The notes: generated by a model from the letters alone, not told the origin. A stretch of DNA of 64,000 nucleotides from Schizochytrium sp. TIO01 (GCA_004764695.1 SMSO01000034.1:1364001-1428000), one strand, 5' to 3'. Counted from the first letter of the stretch, positions 23,063 to 34,771 are shown. A program made the numbers and translations.

Positions 23063-26000
23063 ATGCATGCCGAAGCAAAAGCACAAGAGAAGCTTAGTCT
23101 AGCATGGGCCTTCGCGGCCAGATTTCCATGCCTGATTTACATATCTATTCTCATTATTCTGCCAGCAGTGTCGATTCCAGCGATATTCCTCACCTCGGCG
23201 AAAGATATTACTCTCGAAACTGATTTTGAGGACTATTTGACCTCAAGCGAACCTGCCTCACAGGAGTATGAGACGCTCGCAAATCTTCTTGCAGACTATT
23301 CATACCCGGTGGCGACTAGTTCTCCCACATCAGCTCCTTCGAGAAACCGAAGGGCGTTAAGCTCCTCAAGTGTTACTGAATACCTAGAGCTCATTTACTA
23401 TTGTGGTTCCGATTGCACTTCAATCTTCACTGAGGCGAAAATTGAAGCTATTCACACTTTCGAAACGAAATTCAAGTCCAGCATTTACAGCTCTTACTGC
23501 CCAATCGACAGCGATACCTCCGAGTGTGTAACACCAGACTCCCTTCTGAACTTCTTTTATCCTACAGTCGATGGATCTACTATTACCTTCGATGGTGAAG
23601 GCAGTGAAATGATCAGCATTTCATCCGCTCTCCAGTATATTGAGGAAACAAGCGACACCAGCGACCTCTGGTATTTCCCTCGCTCCTTTGTGGAGGACGG
23701 AGCGAATATTTCACTTGCTCGATCCGAGTACCGTCTTGTTTTTGACAGCGATGATGCAATGACTGCAATGGTAAAGGAAACCTTGTTGCCGTTCCTTAAT
23801 GAGCATCTAGAACTCGGTGCAAATGTTCGTTTGATGTGGTACAACAGTGACATCAACTCAATTGAAGTTTATGTGCTCATTCTCAACGATATGAGATTTG
23901 CTGCTGTTTCGTTGGCCTTTGTCTTGGCATGTATGTTTTTCCACTCTCGGTCTGTCTTCCTTTCTATCACAGCTGTTTACTCTATCGCGATGTCATTCCC
24001 TCTCACATATGTGATTTACACCTTGGCCATTGGCAACGAGGTGATGATGATCTTCAACTTTACAAGTGTTTTTGTTCTTGTAGGAATTGGAGCAGATGAT
24101 TTTGCTATCTTCGTTGACATCTGGGGCCAGAGCCGAGAGCTGCCCGGATTTACCCTTGGTGATCGCTTGAGGTGGACCTGGCGTCGCGCTGCTGGTGCAA
24201 CGCTTGTCACCTCCGTCACCACTGCGGCTTCATTCCTAGCAAACCTTGCAAGCCCAATTAACCCAATCCAAGAATTTGGTCAATTCATGGGCGTGCTGGT
24301 AATCGTCAACTATGTATTCATCATCATGCTGCTCCCACCTGCGCTTGTCATCCACGATCGATACTTCTATCACTTGTATGACTGCTGTACAATTCCTATT
24401 GGGAAAAGGATTGAGAAACGGAGGCAGGAAAAGGCGCAGGGCAAAGCAGCTGCCGCTGCGGCTGAGACAAACGCTGCCACTGAAACCGAGGCCAGACCAG
24501 GTTCTTCACATGTAGAACGCGAGTCTGATGAGAGAACCCACGTAGAAGGATTGCCGGCCTCTGGCGCTTCGTTCCAGTTTACTCGCGGATCATCTTTACA
24601 CGAAACTCGTTCTTTTCCATTTGCTCAAGAGACCTCTAATCTATCAATAGACTCTGAACCGGTACTCTCAGAAGAGGTTCCTGTGGCTAGAGTTGGTTCT
24701 AACCATTATCCAAGTGCTCCCCCCGCTGAAGAGTTTGTTCATTCTCCAACATCAGTCAACTCAGTCAACTTAGATGTCCCATATGCTACTGAAACATCCG
24801 AAGAGGAGGTATTGCGTAATCAGCAGCAAGCTGAAGCAGAAAATGTAGAGAGACAGCCATACCTGGTTCGCTTCTTTTATGTTTACATCGCTCCGTTCGT
24901 GTACAAACGCCGCTACTTCTTGGCTGCTGGTTTTATTGTACTGACAGCCATTCTCGCTAGCTTTATGGGTACCCGTGTTGCAATCTCCGATTCTCTGCCA
25001 GACATTTTCGGCAACAACACAAACCTTGGACTCTTGCTTCAAATTCGCAGTGAATACTTCTCGGATACAACGATATCCTCATCATCAGGTAGCTCCAGCG
25101 GTTCTACTGTCACGGCTTGCGTGGATAGCTCTGGTTCACTCGCCACTTGCACACCGTCGCCAACCTCAGAGCCAACCACATTGATTCCCACCTCCCGACC
25201 TACTACTCAAAATCCAACCTCGCGTCCGACCTCAGAGCCAACTGGTCAACCAACTGCAGCACCTGTTTCCACTCCTGCGCCCACTCTGAAGCCAACTGGT
25301 CAACCAACTTCCCCAACTGTAAGACCAACAACTCTGAGCCCTACTTCGAGACCAACACAAGCCCCTACCCTTCAGCCTACTTCAATTGTACTTCCATCCT
25401 CCCTACCGAGTATGGTCCTGATCGTCAACGGTACAACATTGATCTCTCACTATGGAACAGATGGACCTACAAATGGATACATTTACTCAACAGCCGATGC
25501 TAACGCAATTTCAACCACATTGTGCACTTCGTCTCTTTCTGGTAGCTCCAGTAACTCTGTTTTTGCTGTTGAAGATGGTAGTGTGGGAGACTGCACTCTT
25601 GATCAGAAGCTGGAAAATGTCGTCAATCAGTTTAGTGCGACTGAGGTCCTTATTGCTATTCACCAGAGCAGCAGCGAGAATTCTACTTCAAGTAACAGTC
25701 GCTATGCGACCACAATTGATGAAACTAACCTGGCTTCTATTGTCTCAGCAACCTCTCTGGCATTTGGGCCTCCTCTTGTTGTCACATACTCTTCTTCTGA
25801 TTCTCGTCGTCAACTGCAATTTACCGGGGGCAGCAGCAACAACAACAACAACAACTTTGGATTTGGATCAACTACGAACCAGGTTAACCCTACTTCAGCC
25901 CCGACATCCAGTCCGACATCACAAACGTCAAGCGAGATTTTGTCAACTTTAAGCCCCACTCTTATATTCACAGATTCTTCAGGAGTAACGAGTGTCGTAA

Positions 26001-27553
26001 TTCCAAGTTTTAGTACATCTGCGGCGGAATCTCTTGCTGATGAATTGCAAAGTGCATCTGATGTAACTGCGGTTGAAGTTAGTGACTCTGTTGCCCAAGT
26101 GACCTTGGCTCCTAGTGCAGCGCCAACATCATACCCCACCACCACGGCGCCAACAACTGCGAGCCCTACAATTGCACCAACCACTGCGAGGCCGACTATG
26201 GAGCCCACTTATCCTCCCACAGATGCTCCATCCCAACAACCGACTATATCTCCAACGCTGGCACCTTCTCAAGCACCAACCCTGGCTCCTACCTTGTCCC
26301 CGACTGGAGCCCCAACGATTACATGCGAATGTAGCGGTCACGGTGATTGTGCCAGTGACGCTACTGTTTCAAACCCCGTCTGTGAGTGCTATTCTGGCTG
26401 GGAAGGAGACTACTGTAACACCACGGACCCTTCTGTAACTGAACTTAGTGATGACGAGGTTGCAGATGTGGACATTACCTGGTGGAGCAGTGTTCTTGAT
26501 GATATGACACTGACCCAAGAACGCATGATCACTATGTGCGACACAATGGAAGCAGAAGCAAATTCAACAGACAATCCTCTTGAAGTGCGTCGAGTCTCAA
26601 CATGCTTCATGCCAAATTTCCAAGCCTACGTTGAAGACGACCTTGGATTAGACTTCCCTATCACAGACCTCGCAACGTATACCTCGACTCTTCGTCACTG
26701 GGTCATGTATACGTCAGAAGGCTACGCTGCACGTTATTATGCCCTTTTCACTGACGCTGGCGAGTTGGAGGTTGTTCGTATGACTGTCTTGACAAACTAC
26801 AATGAGTATTTAGCTGCAAGTTTGGCTGATACACCTTATAACAACTGGGAGAAGTTCGTGAGCAATGTAGACAGCTCAGCATGGCAAACTTCTTGGTTGT
26901 GGGCACGCACTCAAACTGAACTTGCAATCATTCGTGGAACTCTTTGGTCTACGCTGATTAGTCTTGCATTTTGTTTTGGAGCTGTCTTTATCTTCTCACG
27001 ATTCAGCATCATTGTGGCTATCATGAGTACCCTCTCTATTGTGGTGATTCTCGCTATCTTCTTGAGCATTCTGGTGGTGTTTATGGACCGATCCTTCGGA
27101 GCCATCGAGGCTTTGGGTGTGATCATCTTGGCAGGACTTAGTGTAGACTACAGTTTACATTTGGCACACTCGTTTCATGAAGCGAAACAGTATCCTCTGG
27201 CAGAGCGTGTGCGTCAGGCCTTGGGTCAAACCGGACCTTCTGTCCTTTTTGGTGCCATTACAACTGCTGGCGCAGCTTGCATTCTGATGATTTGTACAAT
27301 CCAGCTCTTCAAAGACTTTGGTATGATGATTGCTGTTAATACAGCCCTCTCATTGGTGGTTTCAATTTATTTTCTCATTCCTTTACTGGTAATGAGCTAT
27401 GCAGCAGTAAACACTGTACGTTGCAAGATTTGTGGACGTAAGGAGCCTGAGACGTCCAGTGAAAAACCGGCTCATCCAGCTCAAGAGTCCCGTAGCCACG
27501 CTTCTTCTTCTGTGGACAGCGAAACACTAGGACGTTCCGCTAACTCTGCTTGA
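23063..27553 (+). CDS. Dispatched/Patched-family (RND, sterol-sensing domain) membrane protein with mucin-like PT repeats, PA-like and EGF-like inserts
   Basis: Topology is 1+5 and 1+5 TMs. It has GIGADD (TM4), LVTSVTTAASF, PI..FG.FM, GLSVDYSLH (TM10) and GPSVLFGAITT, plus PT repeats and an EGF-like CECSGHGDC...CECYSGWEGDYC. Confidence 0.9.
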   Translation: MHAEAKAQEKLSLAWAFAARFPCLIYISILIILPAVSIPAIFLTSAKDITLETDFEDYLTSSEPASQEYETLANLLADYSYPVATSSPTSAPSRNRRALSSSSVTEYLELIYYCGSDCTSIFTEAKIEAIHTFETKFKSSIYSSYCPIDSDTSECVTPDSLLNFFYPTVDGSTITFDGEGSEMISISSALQYIEETSDTSDLWYFPRSFVEDGANISLARSEYRLVFDSDDAMTAMVKETLLPFLNEHLELGANVRLMWYNSDINSIEVYVLILNDMRFAAVSLAFVLACMFFHSRSVFLSITAVYSIAMSFPLTYVIYTLAIGNEVMMIFNFTSVFVLVGIGADDFAIFVDIWGQSRELPGFTLGDRLRWTWRRAAGATLVTSVTTAASFLANLASPINPIQEFGQFMGVLVIVNYVFIIMLLPPALVIHDRYFYHLYDCCTIPIGKRIEKRRQEKAQGKAAAAAAETNAATETEARPGSSHVERESDERTHVEGLPASGASFQFTRGSSLHETRSFPFAQETSNLSIDSEPVLSEEVPVARVGSNHYPSAPPAEEFVHSPTSVNSVNLDVPYATETSEEEVLRNQQQAEAENVERQPYLVRFFYVYIAPFVYKRRYFLAAGFIVLTAILASFMGTRVAISDSLPDIFGNNTNLGLLLQIRSEYFSDTTISSSSGSSSGSTVTACVDSSGSLATCTPSPTSEPTTLIPTSRPTTQNPTSRPTSEPTGQPTAAPVSTPAPTLKPTGQPTSPTVRPTTLSPTSRPTQAPTLQPTSIVLPSSLPSMVLIVNGTTLISHYGTDGPTNGYIYSTADANAISTTLCTSSLSGSSSNSVFAVEDGSVGDCTLDQKLENVVNQFSATEVLIAIHQSSSENSTSSNSRYATTIDETNLASIVSATSLAFGPPLVVTYSSSDSRRQLQFTGGSSNNNNNNFGFGSTTNQVNPTSAPTSSPTSQTSSEILSTLSPTLIFTDSSGVTSVVIPSFSTSAAESLADELQSASDVTAVEVSDSVAQVTLAPSAAPTSYPTTTAPTTASPTIAPTTARPTMEPTYPPTDAPSQQPTISPTLAPSQAPTLAPTLSPTGAPTITCECSGHGDCASDATVSNPVCECYSGWEGDYCNTTDPSVTELSDDEVADVDITWWSSVLDDMTLTQERMITMCDTMEAEANSTDNPLEVRRVSTCFMPNFQAYVEDDLGLDFPITDLATYTSTLRHWVMYTSEGYAARYYALFTDAGELEVVRMTVLTNYNEYLAASLADTPYNNWEKFVSNVDSSAWQTSWLWARTQTELAIIRGTLWSTLISLAFCFGAVFIFSRFSIIVAIMSTLSIVVILAIFLSILVVFMDRSFGAIEALGVIILAGLSVDYSLHLAHSFHEAKQYPLAERVRQALGQTGPSVLFGAITTAGAACILMICTIQLFKDFGMMIAVNTALSLVVSIYFLIPLLVMSYAAVNTVRCKICGRKEPETSSEKPAHPAQESRSHASSSVDSETLGRSANSA

Positions 27554-27959
27554 TTTATGAACGAATCGACTCGATTCTGATTTCTTAGCCTCTCGTTTGA
27601 TGAAGTATCAACGATGATTTGATTTGAAAACCATAAAGTATACTATCTTTAATGAATTCATTGACCATCACAAACATCTTCAATCATTAGATTCTACGAC
27701 CTTGACAATCTAAATAGATTGGAATATACTGCTTAAAGGATTTGCTTTAAAAGGCTCGAAATACACTATCTTTTATGCATTTATTTACCACAATGAAAAT
27801 AAACGTTCAATGGTGCTAAGAATTTGACATTTTATTATTGAAAATCAAAAATCAAATAAGAAATTGATATATTTGGTAGTTTATATTTGTTGAAGATTAT
27901 ATTGAGTCCCTACTCTGGTGCTGTCGAGCTATAGGCCTTTCAGAGTTGACGGCATTGGC

Positions 27960-28601
27960 TTACGTCTCGTAGACCTCATCGCTCTCCTTAGTTTCAGACA
28001 TTATCAAGTCGTTTATCTTGACTTCTGCTCTTGGACTTGCTTTTCGTTTTGGTTTTTCCAAAGGCAATCTTGCGGCCTTTCGAGCTAGACCTGTACGAGC
28101 AAAGTATTGGCGTCGACCATCCGCTGCACAAGGTGAGAACCCCTCAGCAATACGCATCTCAAGAGCTGACCTCGCGGTTTCAAACCGGACTCTACGCTCT
28201 TTAGCGCGCTCGGCTTCTAGCGCTGCTTCTCGACTTTTGTAATCTTCATGTTGCATCTTTTGTTTTTCAAGTTGCTGCTTTCGGTAAGCTGCATTTTGCC
28301 TTGTGAAGGCGCCATACTCACCTAGTTTCTCCTCGCGTCTAGCTAGTGCCTTTTGAACAAAGTATGCGCGAGTTTCATCTCTTGTATTCGAGCAGGATCC
28401 ATGCTGACAATTCCGCTCTCCAATCTTCAGGCCTCCTGCGCATAGCTTACAGTAAGCTTCTTGCCTTCTTTCTTCGCGTTGCCTTTGGTACGCTTCTCTT
28501 CGTGCTTGACGAGCTGCTTCCTCGTTACGAATGCCAGCACAAGCAAACTTTGATTCCCCCTCAGCAGATTTAGATTCGCTCTTCCACTTCACGCCATCCA
28601 T
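27960..28601 (-). CDS. Uncharacterised basic, helical protein
   Basis: Long ORF with R/E/K-rich helical composition and a small Cys cluster (CKLC...CQHGSC). The first ATG is at 28601. Confidence 0.55.
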   Translation of the reverse strand: MDGVKWKSESKSAEGESKFACAGIRNEEAARQARREAYQRQREERRQEAYCKLCAGGLKIGERNCQHGSCSNTRDETRAYFVQKALARREEKLGEYGAFTRQNAAYRKQQLEKQKMQHEDYKSREAALEAERAKERRVRFETARSALEMRIAEGFSPCAADGRRQYFARTGLARKAARLPLEKPKRKASPRAEVKINDLIMSETKESDEVYET

Positions 28602-29388
28602 GGTCTTAATGTGAGTGAAATCGTGTGTGCGACCCAGTGACACAGCAAGGTGCCCCTGTGCTACGTTTCTCGCATCGCTCTCGCCAATACATAAGGGCTT
28701 TGATCAGCTGCCTCGTAAATCATATTTCTCCGCGCCAGTGCACACCTTGCAAAGCAGGGTCGGGAATGACTCTAGGAGTGGTTATTATTACAACAACAAA
28801 GGTTTGACCGTAATATGCCATGCTTATGAAATAGAATCACCTTCCTATCACCTAAAAAGCTACGTGAAACTTAATGTATTTGATAGGAATGGGCACGAGG
28901 CAAGTGATAGAGAGGAAGACTAATATGCCTTGACAGATTTAGGAAAGGATTAATCTTTAGAAACTAGCGTCTCCTTAGTTTTAGTTCTGAAGAAAATCAT
29001 CCCATGGTTTCGACCTGCTTTTCATCATTGTAGACCCTGCCAGGCATGAATAGTACTTTGCATCGTGACTTGATTAACCAAACCATACTCAATACCAATG
29101 TTAGGTAGCATGATTATGCTTACAAGCGACCGAGTGACTCGGGCATGCTAATCACTGGTCGTATATAAGGAAAAAGGATCGTAGAATTCTGGATCAACAA
29201 TTTCGATGATGTTTATCAAAATTGAGCTTGTGTTTTGCGCTTAGAAGGCAGGAGATTCTCAAAGCATTTGAGCCGCTAGGCACTAATAGTAAACCTTAAA
29301 GCATAGGTATTAGAAGCACACTAATAGCAGACAGCGTGTATGTTCCCTGCATTACCATTCATAAGGAAACAGGCGAAGTTGTGTTTGC

Positions 29389-29425
29389 AAAGCTCAAAGC
29401 TCAAAGCTCAAAGCTCAAAGCTCAA
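29389..29425. repeat. (AAAGCTC)5 heptamer repeat upstream of the Coa1-like gene
   Basis: Directly visible. Confidence 0.9.
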
Positions 29426-29606
29426 ATCCTCTAGCAGGTTTGCAGAGCTCTTGTCGAACATTTCCTCTCTGGCTGCGTGCACAAGCGGACCAGACACGAG
29501 TCTAATTCTGTTCAATAATCGGCAAACCTCAAGCCGCAGCTGCTTTCTTTATTTTCATCTAAAGCCCTAGTCGTGAGCTTTTCTTGTGTAGACAAAGACA
29601 TACAGC

Positions 29607-30395
29607 ATGTTCTCTTTGCGAAACGCCTCCCGTTTGGCCCGTTGCGGATTGCAGGGCCCTTCTCGCAATGCTTCCCGCGCTCCTCGACGTCTGACAACGC
29701 AATCGAATAATTCCAGTAGCACAAATAGCTCTGGCAAAAAGCTCGATGGTCAGGGTTTCATGCCCAACGTGGCTCCCAAGCAGCCGAAAAGAGTCGTGGA
29801 GGCACCGCCCAAGATGACAGAGCCTGACGATAACATTTTGCCACCTCTGCAGTTGTGGAAATTCTTTCGTGTATCTGGTCTCGTGATCTTTGTTTTCGCC
29901 GCTGGCAAAGCGCTTGGTCTCGATGAGCATTTTGAAGAGTTCCGTACGAAGGCTATTGCGGAACAGCGTGTCCAAGATGCGCGGCAGCTGGAACTCGGTA
30001 TGAAGAAGCGTGAACCGAAAGACATTGCTTACCAATTCGGAACTGCTCTTGCGCTCGGTGCTGTTGTAGGTCTTGGTGGAGGCATTTACTTTGCTCGCTT
30101 TTACAAGCCTCGTCGCCACAAGGCAGTTGTCTCTGTGCTCGAGCACCTTAACAGCCAGCTCGGGGCGCCAGAGATCAAGCCCCTTGGTCGCGTTCATGGC
30201 AAGTTTCAAGACAACAACGCCAAGTTCTCATTTGAAACGCGGGTGAACAAGAATACTGAAATGACGGTCTCTGCTGAGGCTTTTCGTGATGCTGTTGAGG
30301 ACAAGTGGAAGGTGGTTAAGGTAGATTTCTCCGCTGGAGGAAGAAATGTTCCACTCTCTGGTGTCCGTGCTTTACGAAACGAAGACAGCAAGTAA
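29607..30395 (+). CDS. Mitochondrial inner-membrane protein with Coa1-like C-terminal domain
   Basis: Arg/Ser-rich presequence and two TM segments. The C-terminal LGAPEIKPLGRVHG...AKFSF...AEAFR...KWKV resembles the Coa1/Tim21-type domain. Confidence 0.6.
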   Translation: MFSLRNASRLARCGLQGPSRNASRAPRRLTTQSNNSSSTNSSGKKLDGQGFMPNVAPKQPKRVVEAPPKMTEPDDNILPPLQLWKFFRVSGLVIFVFAAGKALGLDEHFEEFRTKAIAEQRVQDARQLELGMKKREPKDIAYQFGTALALGAVVGLGGGIYFARFYKPRRHKAVVSVLEHLNSQLGAPEIKPLGRVHGKFQDNNAKFSFETRVNKNTEMTVSAEAFRDAVEDKWKVVKVDFSAGGRNVPLSGVRALRNEDSK

Positions 30396-30683
30396 AGCAT
30401 ACCTTTGTGTCCAAAAACTTGCGAGATGAAAATCAGGGTTATCAATTCAGTGCTGAAGATTATAGGAACTAGCGATTTTAAGATCGTTATCTGGACAGAT
30501 GGTTTATTCCCTCTCAAACAGAAGCAAACGATCACGTAATATGCTCTGTTTCCAGTCAAATAATACCCTCTTCCATCGCTACAAATTCGACCGGGAAGAA
30601 GTGAGATTCAAGAAAACAGCAATAAAGAATAGCGATAGCAATAGCAATAGTAGTAGAACTGACACCGCGAGCGTGTATTCATT

Positions 30684-31604
30684 TCACGTGCAGGTCGGCT
30701 GCGTTGGTGTAGTGACACCAAGGCCTGTGAGTACATGCTGTGCAAGACGGCTCGTATCTAAAGTCTCTGAAAGTACTTGTAATATTGAAATTGGTTGGTC
30801 CATGCCTGGGTCAGGGCAGATAATGATCAACTTTTGTGTGCTTACAACCGGAATGTGTATTTCTTGCATTAAAACTGTGGCGAAAAGGGTGGCAAGTATG
30901 AGAACGACAAAAAAGCTACCAAACACAGTTCTTGAAATGATCTTGCGATTCAATAGGGTAGCTCCGAACATCATAGCAGCAAACGAAAAGGTTGCAGGAA
31001 TGTATACATATTGAACAAATCCGGTGCGTTGCTGAGGATATTTTGACATGATACAACTGTACCAAGTTGAGTCTCCAAATGCGAGCTGCAAGGGGTACCC
31101 AGAAAGAAGCGTGAGACAAAGGCAACCAGCCATTACTGAAACAGCTACAACTTGACCATATAGCTCTGTCACCTTCCGCATTGTTATCCATGCAAACGAT
31201 ATAATGCCAACTACAATTGATGACGCGAATGCTTGATCTGCTGTTCGCAAGGTTTCACTTATTCGGTTGTTCGGCAAACTTGCAGCAGAAGCGTTCATAT
31301 AGAACCTTGCTGCAAACCATACCAAACTAATCTGTAGCATTGATGCAAGCTGGAACATTGTTTGCATACTCTTCGATGCAAGATGGCTAAGGCGCAAGCC
31401 AGAAAGAGCATTGATTGCTGCCGCAGTCAGATAAACAATGATGAGAATCGGAGATCCTCCGAGGTCACCACGCAACGCATCAAGCGTATGTTTAGCTCCA
31501 AGTACAAGTGTCACACAGCCAGATAGACCGTGTGGTAGCCACGGAGAGGGAGATTTCCATTTCAGTCCTGCCCATTTTCGTGCTAGGTGGCTCTGATTTG
31601 TCAT
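30684..31604 (-). CDS. Uncharacterised polytopic membrane protein
   Basis: ORF of about 306 aa with roughly seven hydrophobic segments. The first ATG is at 31604. Confidence 0.72.
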   Translation of the reverse strand: MTNQSHLARKWAGLKWKSPSPWLPHGLSGCVTLVLGAKHTLDALRGDLGGSPILIIVYLTAAAINALSGLRLSHLASKSMQTMFQLASMLQISLVWFAARFYMNASAASLPNNRISETLRTADQAFASSIVVGIISFAWITMRKVTELYGQVVAVSVMAGCLCLTLLSGYPLQLAFGDSTWYSCIMSKYPQQRTGFVQYVYIPATFSFAAMMFGATLLNRKIISRTVFGSFFVVLILATLFATVLMQEIHIPVVSTQKLIIICPDPGMDQPISILQVLSETLDTSRLAQHVLTGLGVTTPTQPTCT

Positions 31605-33149
31605 TTCCAATTCACTATAAAGTACCTTGACCCTGAGCAAATTCTCGAGTCGTGGGACTCCCCTACCAGTTCACAGATGTTGCTGGCACTACGCTCAATA
31701 ATGCCACACTTTAATTGCGTAAGGGTTTTGCAACTTCTACAATTGAAACCTTGAGAAACCTCTGACGCATGAACTAATACCTTGGAACCACTTCTGACAC
31801 CTACCTACAATCGGTCTATAAGAACTGCTCGATGGGCCCTTGAAGACAATAGAACCTCTTGACTGTAGCTCCCCAAGGCCGCGACTCCTTTCGCAGTCTT
31901 TCCGCCAACGTCAAGCAAGTATGGTACTACGTGCCTACTTCCCAAGATCCTGAGGGGCGAAGAAGCGATTCTGCTCTCTAGAATGCCTTGAACTCGTACG
32001 TTCTCTTAATTCAGACTAGGCGAAGAAATAGATTTCACTCTCTTTGACGTGCATAGAGAAACAGAAACACTACCTAGTACCCAGGCAGAGTCACTGTCGG
32101 TGGAGTCAGTCGCCTCGGTGTTTTACGTCGTGTATCACGTTCGGCCCTGCCATCGCACAAAGAAGCGAGTGCGCTTCTGTAGGTTTTAGTAGAAAGGTAT
32201 CTACCAAGCCGCCACCACGTGTCAAAGATCGCTCAGATCGTCGAGCGCGTTGAGATTCTTGCACAGCTCGTTCATCTTTATCGTGAGCTTCTCTTTCCAC
32301 ATGAAAAGGTCAATATTGACGGTGTGTACCAGTGCGGGGATACCAGTTACTCGAAGGTCTGTCTTGATTTCTCGATTTGAGACTGCCTGTTTGATCTAAA
32401 ATACGGACTCTGTAAACTGCCCATGGTGGAGACGTAGAGAGCAACGTTTACGTGGCTAGATTTCAGGAGAGCGTCGTACCTACAGGGTGCCACGTGTATG
32501 CATTTCTGTTCTTTCCTTTTTCGTCTATAAAACTTCATGAGTTATGTCCCAGTCCCACGGCACACTGGAGAAAAGTTTCGCCTGACGGCTAAGTCTTGTT
32601 TTGGCCTGATATAAGCACAGTTCGGTCATGGCACAGAAGAAAACGAGCTGTTCTTGGAGTCGTGATGATGACTCGATAATAGCTTTTCCTGACATCCGGT
32701 TTATAAATTGCAAACATTTTCTTTTCTGTTCCTTGCATCCTAGAACAATCATTCAACTCAAGCAATGCCTCTATCGCGCGAAGAAAACTAACTTGGTCAA
32801 CATACTCGTAATCTCAAAGAAGGATCCTTGCTGCTGTATGCCCACTCCAAATTTTAACTTTCTCTCTTTATGGAAGCAACGAAAATGTCTCGACCTCGAA
32901 CACTTCATGTACTACGAATTCCAAACCTCAATTAACTATGCTCTGATCAATGGCTTTAATGCACGTGAGTCTGCAAGATTTCTGTCTTCCCACGAAACTC
33001 GTGTGACTTGATACCGTAAATTGTAAATTATGAATAATAAGAATTCCACTTTTTTCTGGCCCAAGTGTCTCTTGAAAGTGGCCTAAGCTGAGTGCTCAGG
33101 GACCACTTGAAATGAAGCAAACTTTGAAAGAAGTGGAGCTCGAGTAAAC

Positions 33150-33911
33150 ATGGACGACGTCAACTCCGTCGGGTCGGCAGACCCTTGGGACCTCGGTAGC
33201 GATAGCGGTGCCGAGGACGCTTATCGTGGCTTCGAGGATGTCTCGAACACCGACGCTGGCATGCCTGGCATTTCCATTTCGGGACCTGACGCAAGATCGC
33301 CGCAGGAAACCTTGGAAGAACGCAAGCTTGATGACGAAGACACCGAGCAAATGCAAGGACCCCGCGCTGATCTTCTTGGAGATTGGGACGAAATTTTGAA
33401 TCTCGAGGCGAGGTATTTTGAAGAGGGTCGTCGCGAAGGCCTGGAGATTGGCGCCGCTCGAGAACAAGATCAGGCAAGAATCACTGGTGAACAGAAAGGC
33501 GCCGAGTTCGGCCTCGAACTGGGCTTTTATATTGGTGTTGTGGAGACTTTGCTCAGTATCCAGACCAATCCTGAAGGACCTGTGGCGTCCGCGTTCAGGG
33601 AATCAATGGTGGATGCTCTGGCTTCAGATTCGGGAAGTAACCGAGTGCAGCAACTTGCCGAGGTGTATGAAAAGCTCGCCAAGCCAAATGTGTCCGGAGT
33701 TCTTTCGACCCTGACAGAGCTCCTTGATGATTACCCCGTTGGAGCTGCTTTCACAGATGATGTACATGCCAAATTTTTGCGTATCCGGGCCAAGTTCAAG
33801 GTGCTCGAGGCTCGTGTCGGACTTACCTTTGATATCACCCCGAACCTTGATGAAACAAATGCTACCTCTGCGCAGGGCTCCGCTTTAGATGCTGCATCTC
33901 TTGAATTTTAG
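33150..33911 (+). CDS. LTO1: LTO1/ORAOV1-family protein (Yae1-N deca-GX3 domain; Fe-S delivery to ABCE1)
   Basis: E.RYFEEGRREGLEIG...G..KGAEFGLELGFY.G repeats, RIRAKFK, and a C-terminal SLEF. Confidence 0.8.
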   Translation: MDDVNSVGSADPWDLGSDSGAEDAYRGFEDVSNTDAGMPGISISGPDARSPQETLEERKLDDEDTEQMQGPRADLLGDWDEILNLEARYFEEGRREGLEIGAAREQDQARITGEQKGAEFGLELGFYIGVVETLLSIQTNPEGPVASAFRESMVDALASDSGSNRVQQLAEVYEKLAKPNVSGVLSTLTELLDDYPVGAAFTDDVHAKFLRIRAKFKVLEARVGLTFDITPNLDETNATSAQGSALDAASLEF

Positions 33912-34771
33912 AACTCAACCTGTTGGGGTCATATCTGTACAGATAATGATTCTCTCTGAATTGTAGCAACCGATTTTGCTGAAATACTTGCTACCACAAC
34001 ATGCACCACCACAATTGCAATTGTTATTATGTAATACCTGAAAGTATCAATTACTGCCTTTTCTTTAATTTTTCATTTCTTAAGCCTTGCGTTTGGATTT
34101 CAGAAACTGAGCTTATCTCGTCCTGCAAAAGTTGGAGATGCTAATATGAACTAGGTACCGTATACGTCATTGAAAATGTGACATTTGATACAAAAGAATG
34201 ATGCAAATTGTGTCTTGAAATGCACGTTTTTGCCTTTGCGTTAGAACTGTTGTACGTAATGTGTTTTAATTAAAGTATCAATTTACATTGATGGCAATCG
34301 TGAAAAAAGTTCCAAAGTACAAGAATCAAAACTTTGAGTATGCGCTATTTTGTTTGCTGCCATCATCCACCAGATAGGAGCCAATAGCCTTGTAGTTAAG
34401 TCGAACAGATTTTCTCAAACATATTTCCAAGGCACGGATGACATGATCTTTTATTAATCCACTCGCGAATATGTAGACAATATAGGACCTGTCATAGTTG
34501 GTAGAGAGGAAAAAAGAACACTGATGAACCAAAGAAACAAAATCACTTGATTTTTTCAATCAAAATCGTCCTCCCAAACCCCATCCTCACCAAGGATCCC
34601 AATTGTCGCAGACCTCCTCCATCCACATCAACTCGAGTGCTAGAGCAGGGGATATCGACCAGCCTTCTGTCACTTGCGGTTCAGTATCTACAGCGAGCGA
34701 TAAGCCTGTGCGAAGACTGCTCTTCCAACCCCTCCCGCTCATCTTCGTTTTATTCGTTTTCTTTGTCATCG

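Noticed and set aside
31700-33050. Possible gene between the membrane-protein gene and LTO1
   Set aside because: Only short ORFs without motifs or a consistent splice path are present.
34547-34771. N-terminal extensions from TTG/GTG starts (also at 48688, 37520, 12661 and 62586)
   Set aside because: In a eukaryotic context the first in-frame ATG gives a sensible protein start.
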